Shown here: positions 8,940-19,109 of the stretch, one piece after another
How positions within the stretch are numbered: the stretch's first letter is position 1
Layout of the letters: each line of letters opens with the position of its first letter
Assembly (NCBI GenBank): GCA_965248695.1
Contig: CBDFKD010000002.1
Coordinates: 5,152,001 to 5,216,000, forward strand
Length of the DNA stretch: 64,000 nt
Source of the DNA: Acidobacteriota bacterium
Lineage (GTDB): Bacteria > Acidobacteriota > UBA890 > WLXD01
Reading direction: 5' to 3'
Translations under genes and position numbers: made by a program
The notes under the pieces: generated by a model
The model's database searches: none
What the model saw: only the letters and a program-made list of their open reading frames with translations
Told to the model about the DNA's origin: nothing

Positions 8940-11066
8940 ATGCGCTACATCCTTGCGTCGGGCGCGGCCACGACCCTGGTGATCCTGGCGGGCGCCTGCA
9001 CCGATGGTGGACCCGCGCCGCCGCAGCAGTCGGCGTTGCCAGAGCGTCGCGAAGCGCGCTACATAGAGCCGGTTCCCTGGGACAAGGAGCACATTACCAA
9101 GGTCATCGGTCTAGGCTATCCGGAGCTCGGCATGGAAATGGATGTCGCTCATTCCGAGATGCGGACGATCGATGGTCGGAGCTGCGTCGTGGGCAACATG
9201 ACGTCATTCGATGTCGACGACGACTACGCCTTCGATATCGACGAGCCGGTCAGGGTCACTCTGACCTACGCTCCCGGGCACACCACCGCCACCGCGTTCC
9301 AGGTAATCTGGGATCGCAACGGCGGTGACGGTCATGGCCGACAAGAGGTTCTGGTCGAGCCAGGCGCGACCTTCCGGGAGACCACGGTTACGCTGGACCG
9401 GGCGCGGCTAGCGGGGCTCGGGGCGCAGCAGACAGACTTCGCCATCGGCGTGTCCCGCGCCGCGGTGGCTCTGTGTGACGTATCGATCGAACGCAGCGGG
9501 ACCACATCGGCGGCGACGCGATTCGGCGTCGTGCGGCTCGCGGTGGAAGATGGCGCTACGGGCACCACGATGCCCGCCAGGGTAGGCATCTACGACGAGA
9601 CCGGTCGTGCGCCCCTCCCGTCCGAGAGCGCCATTCCTGTGTGGAGGTTCACCGACCAGGTAAGGCGTCACTGGTTGAACCGCCGCACCATGTGGCCCTC
9701 CGACAACCGCCAGGCGTTCTACATGAATGGCTCCTATGAGGCGCGCATACCTGTCGGAATTTACGAGCTCGCCGCAACCCACGGGGTCGAGTACCACGCG
9801 TACCATGGCGCCTTCGAGGTCAGGGAAGGGGAGACCACAGAGGTAACGGCGTCGCTGCAGCGCTACGACGATCTGCCGAGCCGCGGATGGTTCTCGGGCG
9901 AATCGCATGTCCACCTGCAACGCGATCAGGTCGAGGATCTCGACGTCTGGACGCAGATCGCTGCCGAGGACGTTCACGTTGCCAACCTAGTGGAGATGGG
10001 CAACATCGGCGGCACGTACTTCACCCAGCCGACATGGGGCACTGACGGCCGATTCGCGCGCCATGGAACCGTGCTCGTGTCCGGCCAGGAAGACCCGAGA
10101 ACCGGACATCGCGGCCACACCTTGCACTGGGATATCGAGCGCCCGACCCACGCCGAGTCGACCACGTTCTACGACTACCGCGACGTCTTCGAGCAGACCC
10201 GCGCAAACGGCGGCATCACCGGCTACGCCCACCTGGGCTCGTTGTTCAACGGCGAGCGCGGGCTCGCCCTCGACATCCCGTATGGCCTCATCGACTTCAT
10301 CGAAGTTCTACAGGGCGGCAACCTGCATACCGACCTCTGGTACGACTTCCTCAACCTCGGGTACCGAATCTTGCCGGCCGCCGGCGCCGACTACCCGTAT
10401 TTCGGCCCCACGCTTCCTGGCGTGGAGCGCACCTACGTGCAGTTGGACGGCCCGTTCAGCGCCGATGCCTGGTTCGAGGGTTTTCGCCAAGGGCGCACCT
10501 ACGTCACCAACGGACCATTTCTCGAAGCGACGGTAAACGGCCAGCCCATGGGCGCCGAGCTGCGCGTCGAGCCTGGGGCGCTGCTCAACATCGTCGCCAG
10601 CACGCGCATGAATCCCGAGATCGAACCGCTCGTGCGGCTCGAGCTAGTTGTCCTCGGTGACGTGGCGCACACGGTGCCGGTGCCCACCGGCGAGGATCAC
10701 GTGAGCCTCGAGACGACGCTGGTGGCGGATCGGAGCATGTGGCTCGCCGTGCGTGCCTACGGTGTCAACGACGAACGCTGGTACACGACGGTGGCGCACA
10801 GCGCCCCCTTCTACGTCGTGGTCGACGATCAGCCGACCTGGAAGACCGAGGCCGTTCCGGATCTCATTGACGAGCGCCTGCAACACCTGGAGGAACTGCT
10901 CGCCACGCCAATAGACCCGATCGAGGATCTCGAAGCGTTCGAGACCGGGGACCTGCTCATCGAGCAGTGGGACTTGCAGCTACCGCACCTGACGGAGCGG
11001 GTCGAGGAGACTCGAGCGCTCTACGAGGATCTACGGCAACGGCACGGGGAGATCTCGGGGCGGTAG
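8940..11066 (+). CDS. CehA/McbA-type (PHP-like) metallohydrolase, lipoprotein
   Basis: Lipobox LAGAC; GWFSGESHVH, GQED..GH, YAH, GADY, YVTNGP, AHSAPFYV motifs. Confidence 0.75.
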   Translation: MRYILASGAATTLVILAGACTDGGPAPPQQSALPERREARYIEPVPWDKEHITKVIGLGYPELGMEMDVAHSEMRTIDGRSCVVGNMTSFDVDDDYAFDIDEPVRVTLTYAPGHTTATAFQVIWDRNGGDGHGRQEVLVEPGATFRETTVTLDRARLAGLGAQQTDFAIGVSRAAVALCDVSIERSGTTSAATRFGVVRLAVEDGATGTTMPARVGIYDETGRAPLPSESAIPVWRFTDQVRRHWLNRRTMWPSDNRQAFYMNGSYEARIPVGIYELAATHGVEYHAYHGAFEVREGETTEVTASLQRYDDLPSRGWFSGESHVHLQRDQVEDLDVWTQIAAEDVHVANLVEMGNIGGTYFTQPTWGTDGRFARHGTVLVSGQEDPRTGHRGHTLHWDIERPTHAESTTFYDYRDVFEQTRANGGITGYAHLGSLFNGERGLALDIPYGLIDFIEVLQGGNLHTDLWYDFLNLGYRILPAAGADYPYFGPTLPGVERTYVQLDGPFSADAWFEGFRQGRTYVTNGPFLEATVNGQPMGAELRVEPGALLNIVASTRMNPEIEPLVRLELVVLGDVAHTVPVPTGEDHVSLETTLVADRSMWLAVRAYGVNDERWYTTVAHSAPFYVVVDDQPTWKTEAVPDLIDERLQHLEELLATPIDPIEDLEAFETGDLLIEQWDLQLPHLTERVEETRALYEDLRQRHGEISGR

Positions 11067-11214
11067 GGCGGCGACGGTTGAGGGGCATGCACCTCGGCCA
11101 GGGACCTGCTCTGGAGCTCGACGACCGGTGTAGTCAACGGCCTGCGGCTAAGAGGTTTCTGACCGCCGTGCACGCGAGCCTGGCTACGGTGCATACCCCT
11201 CAACCGCCGCCGCC
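11067..11214 (-). repeat. Structured repeat module A1
   Basis: 36-nt arms 11067-11102 and 11179-11214 (31/36 complementary) enclosing conserved GCCGTGCACGCGA at 11165-11177; homologous to 18666-18807. Confidence 0.8.
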
Positions 11215-11393
11215 GCGATCGTCGGAGGACCCCCAGTCTGGGGGGACGGCAATGCCGCAGTCACGACGGAGTCCGCAGGCGGAGGGGCAAAGTCCTTCGG
11301 GAGGTCTCGAGTGCCCGGGGCTCGGCCTGCAGGAGCGTGCTGGACACGGTGCTTCCGGCAACAGAGGACCGCGCGGACTCGAGGCGTTGCCGG

Positions 11394-11524
11394 GGAGGGA
11401 GTCGACACACTCGCTTCAGCCAGCATCGCGTGCACGGCGCTCAGAACCTATCGGCTTAGACGCGCAAGCAGAAGAGCTCCCTCAACGCCAGGCAGTGACG
11501 TTGGCAGAAGTGAGTGTGTCGACT
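11394..11524 (+). repeat. Structured repeat module B1 (inverted relative of A); right arm interrupted by IS256 and completed at 12938-12943
   Basis: GGAGGGAGTCGACACACTCGCTTC pairs with GAAGTGAGTGTGTCGACT[IS]CCCTCC; TCGCGTGCACGGC at 11426-11438; homologous to 18936-19072. Confidence 0.8.
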
Positions 11525-12928
11525 GAGATATAACCGGAAGTTGTGGATGGGAGGAAAAAGAAAGGCGGCGTAACCTTCGCTGGGATCATCAACAACCAGC
11601 AGCCGGCTGTGGAGGCCGGGAAGGAGACGCCACTCGTGCTCAAGATTATCGGTGGATCGGACGCGGAGGAAGGACAGCTGACACTGGACGTCGATGAGCT
11701 CGCCCGGCAGGGCGCGCTGCAGATGCTGGCAACAGCACTGGAGTGGGAGGTTCAGGAGTATATCCAGAGCCACGCCGGGCAACTGGATGAAGCCGGCCGT
11801 CGGCAAGTGGTACGCAACGGTCGGGCTCGCGCACGCAAGATCACGTTGGGGTGCGGGACGGTGCAAGTAGCCGCGCCACGGGTCAACGACAAGCGGCTCG
11901 ACGAGCAGGGACTGAGGCAGCGGTTCAGCAGTCGGATCCTGCCGCCCTACATGCGGCGCTCGCCGAAGGTGGCGGAGGTGCTGCCGGTGCTGTACCTGCG
12001 GGGCCTGTCGACGGGCGACTTCAAGGAGGCGCTGCCGATCTTACTGGGACAGGAAGCCAGCGGGCTGTCGGCATCGGCGATCTGCCGGCTGACGAACGCC
12101 TGGAGCACGGAGTACGAGGCATTCCGGAAGCTGGATCTGTCCACCAAGCAGTACGTATACGTGTGGGCGGACGGTGTGCACTTCAACATTCGACTCGAGG
12201 ATGATCGGCTGTGCACGCTGGTGATCCTGGGCGTTTTGCCGGACGGAACCAAGGAGCTCATCGCGGTCGAGGACGGGTATCGAGAGAGCACCGAGAGCTG
12301 GGCGTTCGTGCTCCGGGAGCTGAAGCGTCGAGGCATGCGGGCGCCGCTCGTGGCAGTGGGTGATGGGGCGCTGGGGTTCTGGGCGGCGGTGCGGGATGTA
12401 TGGCCCCAGACTCGAGAGCAACGATGCTGGGTGCATCGGCTTGGCAACGTGCTCGACAAGCTACCGAGGCGGCTGCAGGCCAAAGCCAAGCGCGCGCTGC
12501 ACGAGATCATCGGTGCGCCAACGCGCGAGGATGCTCAGGAGGGCATGGCGCGGTTCGCAGCCGACTACGGCGCCAAGTACTCCAAGGCCGTGGCGTCGTT
12601 GCAACGCGACTCCGACAAGCTGCTGACGTTCTACGACTTCCCCGCCGACCACTGGGTTCATCTGCGCACGGCCAACCCGATCGAGTCGGCGTTCGCCACC
12701 GTACGCCTGAGACAACGCGTCACCAAGGGCGCCGGCTCACGCACCAAGGCGCTGACGATGGCATTCAAGCTCCTGGAGATGGCACAGCAACGATGGCGCC
12801 GCATCAACGCTCCTCACCTCACTGCCCTCGTACTCGAGGGCGCCACATTCGTCGATGGAGTTCACCTGATCGCTAGCGAAGACGCCGCCTGAACAAATCC
12901 ACCGATCCACAACATTTGCAAATAACTC
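11525..12928 (+). mobile_element. IS256-family insertion sequence (1404 bp)
   Basis: 24-bp imperfect terminal IRs (17/24; GAG.TAT...GTTGTGGAT) and 9-bp target duplication GTGTCGACT at 11516-11524 and 12929-12937. Confidence 0.92.
11636..12892 (+). CDS. IS256/Mutator-family DDE transposase
   Basis: LYLRGLSTGDF, WADG, GDGALGFW, QRCWVH, TANPIES motifs; GTG start after AAGGAG. Confidence 0.93.
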   Translation: MLKIIGGSDAEEGQLTLDVDELARQGALQMLATALEWEVQEYIQSHAGQLDEAGRRQVVRNGRARARKITLGCGTVQVAAPRVNDKRLDEQGLRQRFSSRILPPYMRRSPKVAEVLPVLYLRGLSTGDFKEALPILLGQEASGLSASAICRLTNAWSTEYEAFRKLDLSTKQYVYVWADGVHFNIRLEDDRLCTLVILGVLPDGTKELIAVEDGYRESTESWAFVLRELKRRGMRAPLVAVGDGALGFWAAVRDVWPQTREQRCWVHRLGNVLDKLPRRLQAKAKRALHEIIGAPTREDAQEGMARFAADYGAKYSKAVASLQRDSDKLLTFYDFPADHWVHLRTANPIESAFATVRLRQRVTKGAGSRTKALTMAFKLLEMAQQRWRRINAPHLTALVLEGATFVDGVHLIASEDAA

Positions 12929-12956
12929 GTGTCGACTCCCTCCGCTCACCGACCCC

Positions 12957-14951
12957 TCAGGTCCGCTCCGCCCACGGATACTGGAACTCCGGCCTGATCA
13001 CGTCACCGATGAGGTCCTGAACGGCGCGATGCGCTTGATCCATCGCCGCATGCGTCAGGCTGGTGGCAGCGGCATCCGAGTTGGCCACGGCAATGCGACC
13101 AAATCGCTTCCGGCCGACCACCCAGGGGACCTCGTCGTAGCCCCATTCCGGGTCGTAGAGATCGTTGGCGCCGCCGGCATAGCCATGAGGCCATCGGTTG
13201 ACGGTGATCGCGCTGATCTCCTCGGCGGGGTCGAAGCCGCCGCCTGCGAGGGCGCGCCCAAGCTCGTCGCGGATGCGGTACTCGAAGTAATCGAACGATG
13301 TGGCGAGCAGCTCCTCGCGGCCGGCCCGGAACTGTTCCCTGGCAGAGAGACCAGGCTTGTGCGCGGGCATGCGCTGCAAGTGAAGCGGCTGAGGATCATC
13401 GGGGGTCCGGGCGCAGGTGTAGTCGCCGAGACTCCGATTCATGTCCAGCATCGCCGACCCGTGGTAGCAGCCGGGACCGTAGAAGCTGTTGATCCCGAGT
13501 GCCTCAAACGCCCTCCAGTTGCGCACCACGACGTTCGTGTAGACGAGCGGCTGGCGCACGGCCATCTTCAGCGCCGCCTTCTGCTCGTCGGGAAAGTCGG
13601 GACAGAGGTAGGGGATCATGGAGTTGTAGCAGGCCATGACGCAGGTGGCGCCGCGGGCCCGGTAGGCCTTGCCGTCACGCACGTAGGTGACCTCGACCTC
13701 GCTGGCAGTGCGGCGCTCGCCGACGTGGCGGACGTTGACCACGGTGCTGTTGAGGCGGACGCGCGCGGCGCTGCCGTCTTCATCGATGGCGGCGTAGTCG
13801 ACCGGCGTCGCCACCGAGTCTTCCATCGTCGTTCCCGGGAGAGCCTTCGGAATCAGCCATCTGACGATCAGTCGAGCGATCGCGGCATTGCCGTCGGGGA
13901 AGTGCACTCCCTCGCCGAAGTCGTTACCCTCGCCAAGCCAGCTCTCGGGCGGTCGCTCGAGACGCAGGCCGTCGAAGCCGGGCAGGGAGCCGGTGCGAAA
14001 CGCTCCCCAGGCGCTATAGGAGTCGATCCTGGCCGCACCGTTGGAGCCGCCTTCAGCACGGCGCATGAAGAAGGGCATGACACCGGGATCGGCTTTGACG
14101 ATCTTCAGAAGATAATCCTGGTAGCTCATCTTCCGCAGACGCGAGACCTTCTCATCGGAGGTCAATCCGGTTAGATAGTCGGTGTTGTCGTCGTAGGCGC
14201 GGGCGATATCGTGTTTGACGACATCAGTTAGCGGCGCATCGGCCAGGAACTGCGTCCATGTGAGCGTGCTACGAACCGAGCCCCAGCCGGCGGGATCTCC
14301 CACCGACAGGTGGTCGGCGCCGAACGTTTCCTGATCAAAGAAGACACCGGCCTGTAGGCCCATCTCGCGGTAAATGCTGCGATCGGCCGCCGTCGTCCGC
14401 AGGAAGCGTTGCTTGTCGATCCCGATGTCCTCCAGCAGCGCCTTTGCCTCGTGCGGGTAGCTGTTAGCGCCGTGGATCATCATCGTGCCGCCGTAGCCGA
14501 TGACCAGCTTGCCATCGACCTCGAACTCGTTGCGCTTGGCGTGCCCGCCGAAGTCATCGTGATTGTCGAGAATCAGAATTCGCGCCTCCGGCAACGCCTT
14601 GCGGAAGAAGTACGCCGCCGACAACCCGCTCAGCCCACCACCGACGACGATGAGGTCGTAGCTCTCGCCGGTGTCCTCGGCGTTGTCCCAGGTCTTCCCA
14701 TAGCGCATCTCGTGCGCTACTTCGTAGGAGCCCTCGTGACTGCCCCGCATGCCGGTGAGCCGCGGCGGGTAGTACTCGCCCGGCTGCGCTGCGGAAACGC
14801 CTGACCCGTTTGTCGAGCCCTTCGAGCCTGCGGGAGCCCCCGGCCTCCCGGCACCGACCAGGCCGCCGCCAATTGCGACGCTGGCCCCGTTGAGAAAATC
14901 CCGGCGGCTGATGTCACGGTCCATCCCGAGCTCTCGGTCAGTCTTGGTCAC
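12957..14951 (-). CDS. Tat-exported SpdH-like FAD oxidoreductase (paralog 2)
   Basis: SRRDFLNG and the same motif set as 7003-8904. Confidence 0.85.
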   Translation of the reverse strand: MTKTDRELGMDRDISRRDFLNGASVAIGGGLVGAGRPGAPAGSKGSTNGSGVSAAQPGEYYPPRLTGMRGSHEGSYEVAHEMRYGKTWDNAEDTGESYDLIVVGGGLSGLSAAYFFRKALPEARILILDNHDDFGGHAKRNEFEVDGKLVIGYGGTMMIHGANSYPHEAKALLEDIGIDKQRFLRTTAADRSIYREMGLQAGVFFDQETFGADHLSVGDPAGWGSVRSTLTWTQFLADAPLTDVVKHDIARAYDDNTDYLTGLTSDEKVSRLRKMSYQDYLLKIVKADPGVMPFFMRRAEGGSNGAARIDSYSAWGAFRTGSLPGFDGLRLERPPESWLGEGNDFGEGVHFPDGNAAIARLIVRWLIPKALPGTTMEDSVATPVDYAAIDEDGSAARVRLNSTVVNVRHVGERRTASEVEVTYVRDGKAYRARGATCVMACYNSMIPYLCPDFPDEQKAALKMAVRQPLVYTNVVVRNWRAFEALGINSFYGPGCYHGSAMLDMNRSLGDYTCARTPDDPQPLHLQRMPAHKPGLSAREQFRAGREELLATSFDYFEYRIRDELGRALAGGGFDPAEEISAITVNRWPHGYAGGANDLYDPEWGYDEVPWVVGRKRFGRIAVANSDAAATSLTHAAMDQAHRAVQDLIGDVIRPEFQYPWAERT

Positions 14952-15043
14952 GGCATCCTCGGTCCGAGAAGTAAAATCGTGCGCTAGCGTTACAGAGACC
15001 TTACGTCAGCGCCAGAGGCGGCGATTGCGAGCGCCATATAGCA

Positions 15044-15742
15044 ATGAATGAAGTCATCGGTGCTGTTCATGAATTCCATGACGAAGAGTTCGCTGCAGGA
15101 TGGGCTGACCGCTTCGTGCCGACACTCGAACGCCTGGAGTTGTTCGATGTCATGCTCGCCGAGCTGACGTCACGTGTGCCGCCGAGTGGCTGCGTGGTCG
15201 AGCTTGGAATTGGTCCAGGGTACTTGGCAGATCATCTGCTGAGAGCGATGTCCTCGGTTCGCTACTATGGCATCGATTCGTCCGATCCGATGCTCGTCAT
15301 CGCGCGGCAAAGGCTCGGGTCGCACTCAGCCCGAGTCACCTACATACAGGCTGATCTCCTAGCGGCCCATTGGTGGAGGGACATCCGCACCCCGGTCGAT
15401 GCCATCGTTTCAACCTGGGCGTTGCACGATCTGGGCTGCCAGGAGAGCGTCGAGGCAGTCTACGCTCGCTGCGCTCGCATGCTCCAGGATGGGGGGATTC
15501 TGCTGAACGGAGACTTCATCAAGCCTGACAAGACCATGTACGAATATGAACCGGGTAGATTCGAGATAGCGCGACATCTCGCGATTCTGCGCCGTGTCGG
15601 GTTCACCAAGGCAGACTGCTTGGTCGTGCTCGAAGAGGAAACCGAATCGCCTACGGCGGCGCAGAACTACGCGTGCTTCAGGGCGGTAGTAGCCCGGACA
15701 CATCAGAGCCCGGAGCCCGGCAGACGGAAAGGCTGCATATGA
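15044..15742 (+). CDS. Class I SAM-dependent methyltransferase
   Basis: VVELGIGPG, GIDSS..ML, DAIVSTWALH motifs. Confidence 0.85.
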   Translation: MNEVIGAVHEFHDEEFAAGWADRFVPTLERLELFDVMLAELTSRVPPSGCVVELGIGPGYLADHLLRAMSSVRYYGIDSSDPMLVIARQRLGSHSARVTYIQADLLAAHWWRDIRTPVDAIVSTWALHDLGCQESVEAVYARCARMLQDGGILLNGDFIKPDKTMYEYEPGRFEIARHLAILRRVGFTKADCLVVLEEETESPTAAQNYACFRAVVARTHQSPEPGRRKGCI

Positions 15743-18661
15743 AGCGTCTCTTGTCGACCGCACCCGCACTGGCCAGTGCGATCATCCTCTCGCTCACCGC
15801 AGGCGCCTGTTCCAGTCCCGACCCTGCTGACCAGACGCCGTCCGGCTCGGCCGTCGATCGGCCGCTGATGCCGGACTGGGACGCGGAGCGCAGCGAACGA
15901 CTGGCGTTTTCCGGCGAGCCGTTTCGCACACCGGAGGGCTTTCGCGTCGAGGAAGTTGCCGGCGACGATCTCATCGGATCGGCCGTGAATCTCACGTTCG
16001 CGTGGGATGGCCGCCCCATCGTGGCGCTCGAGCAACGGGGACTCGTAATTCTCGACGACGGCGACGGAGACGGTCGCTACGATCGAATGACACGGCTCTC
16101 AGAAGAGATCAGCACCGCTCACGGCCTTTATGTGCTCGGCCCGGACGATCTGCTCGTGCATGCCGACGGGCCGAGTGATGGCCCCGGCCTCTATCGTGTG
16201 AGCGGCTGGCAGGAGGGTCCCTCGGAGAGCACGGTCGAGCTGCTTCGACGGTCGCGCGGAGGGATCCAGGAGCACGGTCCCCACACGATCACCCGAGGCC
16301 CCGACGGAGCAATTTACCTGCTCTTCGGCAATCATGCCGTTCCCGACATCGAGCCCTCACAGCGCTCACCACTTCGCGCGCTCCAAGAGGATCAGCTACT
16401 ACCCGTCATTCTGGATCCACGCGGTCATGCAAACACCATTCGTGCCCCGGGCGGAACCATCTGGAGAGTCGACCTCGAGGCCGACTCCTGGGAGCTGTTC
16501 GCCGGCGGGCTGCGCAATCCATTCGACATGGCCTTTTCTCCTGCCGGCGGCCTCTTTGTCTACGAGGCGGACATGGAGTGGGATCGCAGTCTCCCGTGGT
16601 ACCGACCCACGCGGGTCCTGCACGCGATCCCGGCCGGCGACTACGGGTGGCGAACCGGCTCCGGCAAAGTAGCGTTCGATAACATCGATACGCTCCCCAG
16701 CGTCGCCGACGTCGGCCGCGGCTCGCCGGTGGGCGTGGCCTTCTACCGCCATCACGCCTACCCCGCGGCGTTCGACGGCGCGTTATTCCTAGGCGATTGG
16801 GCACGTGGCCGCATACGCGTTCTCTTTCCGCAGGAGCACGGCGCTAGCTGGCAGGGGGAGGCCGTCGACTTCGTTCTTCGAGAGCCTCTCAATGTGACCG
16901 ACCTCGCGGTGGGTCCTGACGGCCATCTGTATTTCACCATCGGCGGTCGCCAGACCACTGGTGGGCTGTTCCGAGTGGTCTACGACGGATCCGACGGTGG
17001 CGCCCGAGGGAGCATGCAAGGCGGTCAGGGGAGCGCTGTCGAGAGGGCCTTGCACCAGCCAATGCCGCGATCCGCCTGGGGCCGCGCGGCCATCGCACAG
17101 CAGCGAGCTGCGGCCGGGGCAAGCTGGGGAGAAGGCCTGCGCGACGCTGTCGAGGACACCGATCGATCGAGGTTGGAGAGACAGAGCGCGCTGGAGATCC
17201 TGCAGCTCTATGGCCCGCAACCGTCTGTTGACGATTTGCGGAGATTCCTGGCGGCAGATGATGCCGGCGTACGAGCTACCGTCGTGACCCACCTGGGAAC
17301 CCGAACCGGCCCTAGCGTCTACCGCGCACTGGCAGTCGCACTGGAAGACCCGGATGCGCGCGTTCGGCGCCGGGCGGCAGAGGCGCTGGCGCGCTCCGGG
17401 AGCGCTGGAGAGGGCGCAACCTGCGGACATCGAAGCTATCCTCGCCGGCCTGGTCGGCCTTCTCGACGACGAGGATCGGTTCGTTCGGTACGCTGTCCGC
17501 GAGACGCTCGCTCGAGTGGACCCGGATCGCTGGATCTCCAAAGTGGATCTCGCCGGGCCACCTTCGAACGCCGCGTTCGAGGCGATGCTTGCCTTGGTTC
17601 TCCGTCCGGGCTTTCCCGATGCCGAGCTCGTCTTCGAACATCTGCGCCTTCACGTCCAATCACAACCCGGCGAAGTACTGCTGGGCTCCTATTTACGCGT
17701 GCTCGAGCTCGCCCTGGTGCGCTCCAGGGACGCTGGGGTCGACAGCGTGGAGCTCGAGGGACTGGGCCAGTCCATGTTGGATTGGTTCCCCACGCAACGC
17801 CGCGAGCACAACCGCAAGCTCGAGCGCATCCTCGCCTACCTGGCTCCGCCGGGGGCGGTGGACGCGCTGACGGCAAGGTTGGCGCTCGGCCGGAACCAGG
17901 AGGACGAGATCCACACCCTCTACGCCTTGCGAGCGATCGAAGGCGACTGGAGCGAGGCCCAGCGACAGAGCGTCGTCACCTGGTTCGATCGTGCTCGAGC
18001 GTTCACCGGCGCAGCCAGCATGGTGGGCTATATCGACGCCCTCTGGCAGCGGTGGCTAGCGAACCTCTCCGACGCCGAGCGCGTGGCGGCGGTCGAACGC
18101 CGGCAGGTCTGGTTGAGCGCCGAGCGGGACAGGATCGCGGCACTGGTGGCCGACGAAGACCTGCCGAGCGAGGATGAGCGCCGCATGCTGCGTCAGATGA
18201 GCTTCGATGAGCTGGCAGAGTACGTCGAATACGACGTCATGGCCTACGAGCGCTTCGACCCTGCGCACGGCGAACGCGTCTTCCAGCGTGCCCGTTGTGC
18301 CGACTGCCACGTTTTCGGCGATGTCGGTCGCGGTGGCGGACCCGACCTCTCGACCGTCGTCAGTCGCTTCAGGCGGCGCGAGATCCTGGAGTCGATCGTC
18401 TACCCGTCACGGGTGATCTCCGACCAGTACAGTGCCCTTCGCGTCCGCCTCCGTGACGGACGGAGATACGTCGGCATGCACGCCGCCGAGAGCGAAGAGG
18501 ACCTCGTCCTGATCACCGCTACGGGCGAACGGGTCGTCCTGGACAAACAGCTGGTCAGCGAGCGCGAGCCGGCCGACGTATCCCTGATGCCGGAGGGTCT
18601 ACTCGAGGCCATGAGCTTCGACGACTTGATGAGCCTGATGCGATACCTGGAAGAAGGGTAG
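15739..18661 (+). CDS. PVC-type membrane-bound dehydrogenase-like protein (beta-propeller, HEAT repeats, C-terminal CxxCH heme); apparent +1 frameshift at ~17399
   Basis: Lipobox, GLRNPFD propeller motif and HEAT repeats in ORF 15673; continuation in ORF 17354 with CADCH, GPDLS and SLMP; removing one G from 17398-17400 joins the frames. Confidence 0.75.
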
Positions 18662-18665
18662 GGCG

Positions 18666-18807
18666 GGCGGGTTCGAGCCCCAATGCGCCGTAACCAGGGA
18701 CATGCCCTGGTGCTGGGTGAGCGGCGTAGTCTACGGCCTGGGGCACTGAGGTTTCCGGCCGCCGTGCACGCGAGCCTGGCTACGGCGCACTGGGGCTCGA
18801 ACCCGCC
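18666..18807 (-). repeat. Structured repeat module A2
   Basis: 33-nt arms 18666-18698 and 18775-18807 (31/33 complementary); GCCGTGCACGCGA at 18761-18773. Confidence 0.8.
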
Positions 18808-18935
18808 GCCGCGACCGAAGACACTTCTTGCCGGGCGGGCCGGTCGTGCCGCGAACTGAGACGCCGCGGCCCAGCGGTTCCGACGATCGCCCTCTTCCGT
18901 ATTCCGGAGGCTGCCGCGACCTCAGGCGCTGCCGG

Positions 18936-19072
18936 GGAGGAAGTCGACACACCTCCTTCAACCAGCATCGCGTGCACGGCACACACCACCTAAAGGCGAT
19001 GACGCGCGAGCAAAGGAGTTCCCCTAGCGCCAGGCGATGACGCTGGTAGAAGGAGGTGTGTCGACTTGCTCC
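18936..19072 (+). repeat. Structured repeat module B2
   Basis: AAGTCGACACACCTCCTTC pairs with GAAGGAGGTGTGTCGACTT, with compensatory changes versus B1. Confidence 0.8.
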
Positions 19073-19109
19073 GCCCTCGTCTCAATCCCGCTCGCCTGAT
19101 ACCGAAAGA

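Noticed and set aside
11067-11524. Integron attC sites or group II intron remnant
   Set aside because: No RYYYAAC/GTTRRRY boxes or integrase; flanking genes are large chromosomal-type genes; no complete domain V/VI or GTGCG intron start.
10967-11533. 188-aa ORF across the composite repeat
   Set aside because: Low-complexity translation, overlaps the upstream gene, and not conserved in the second repeat copy.
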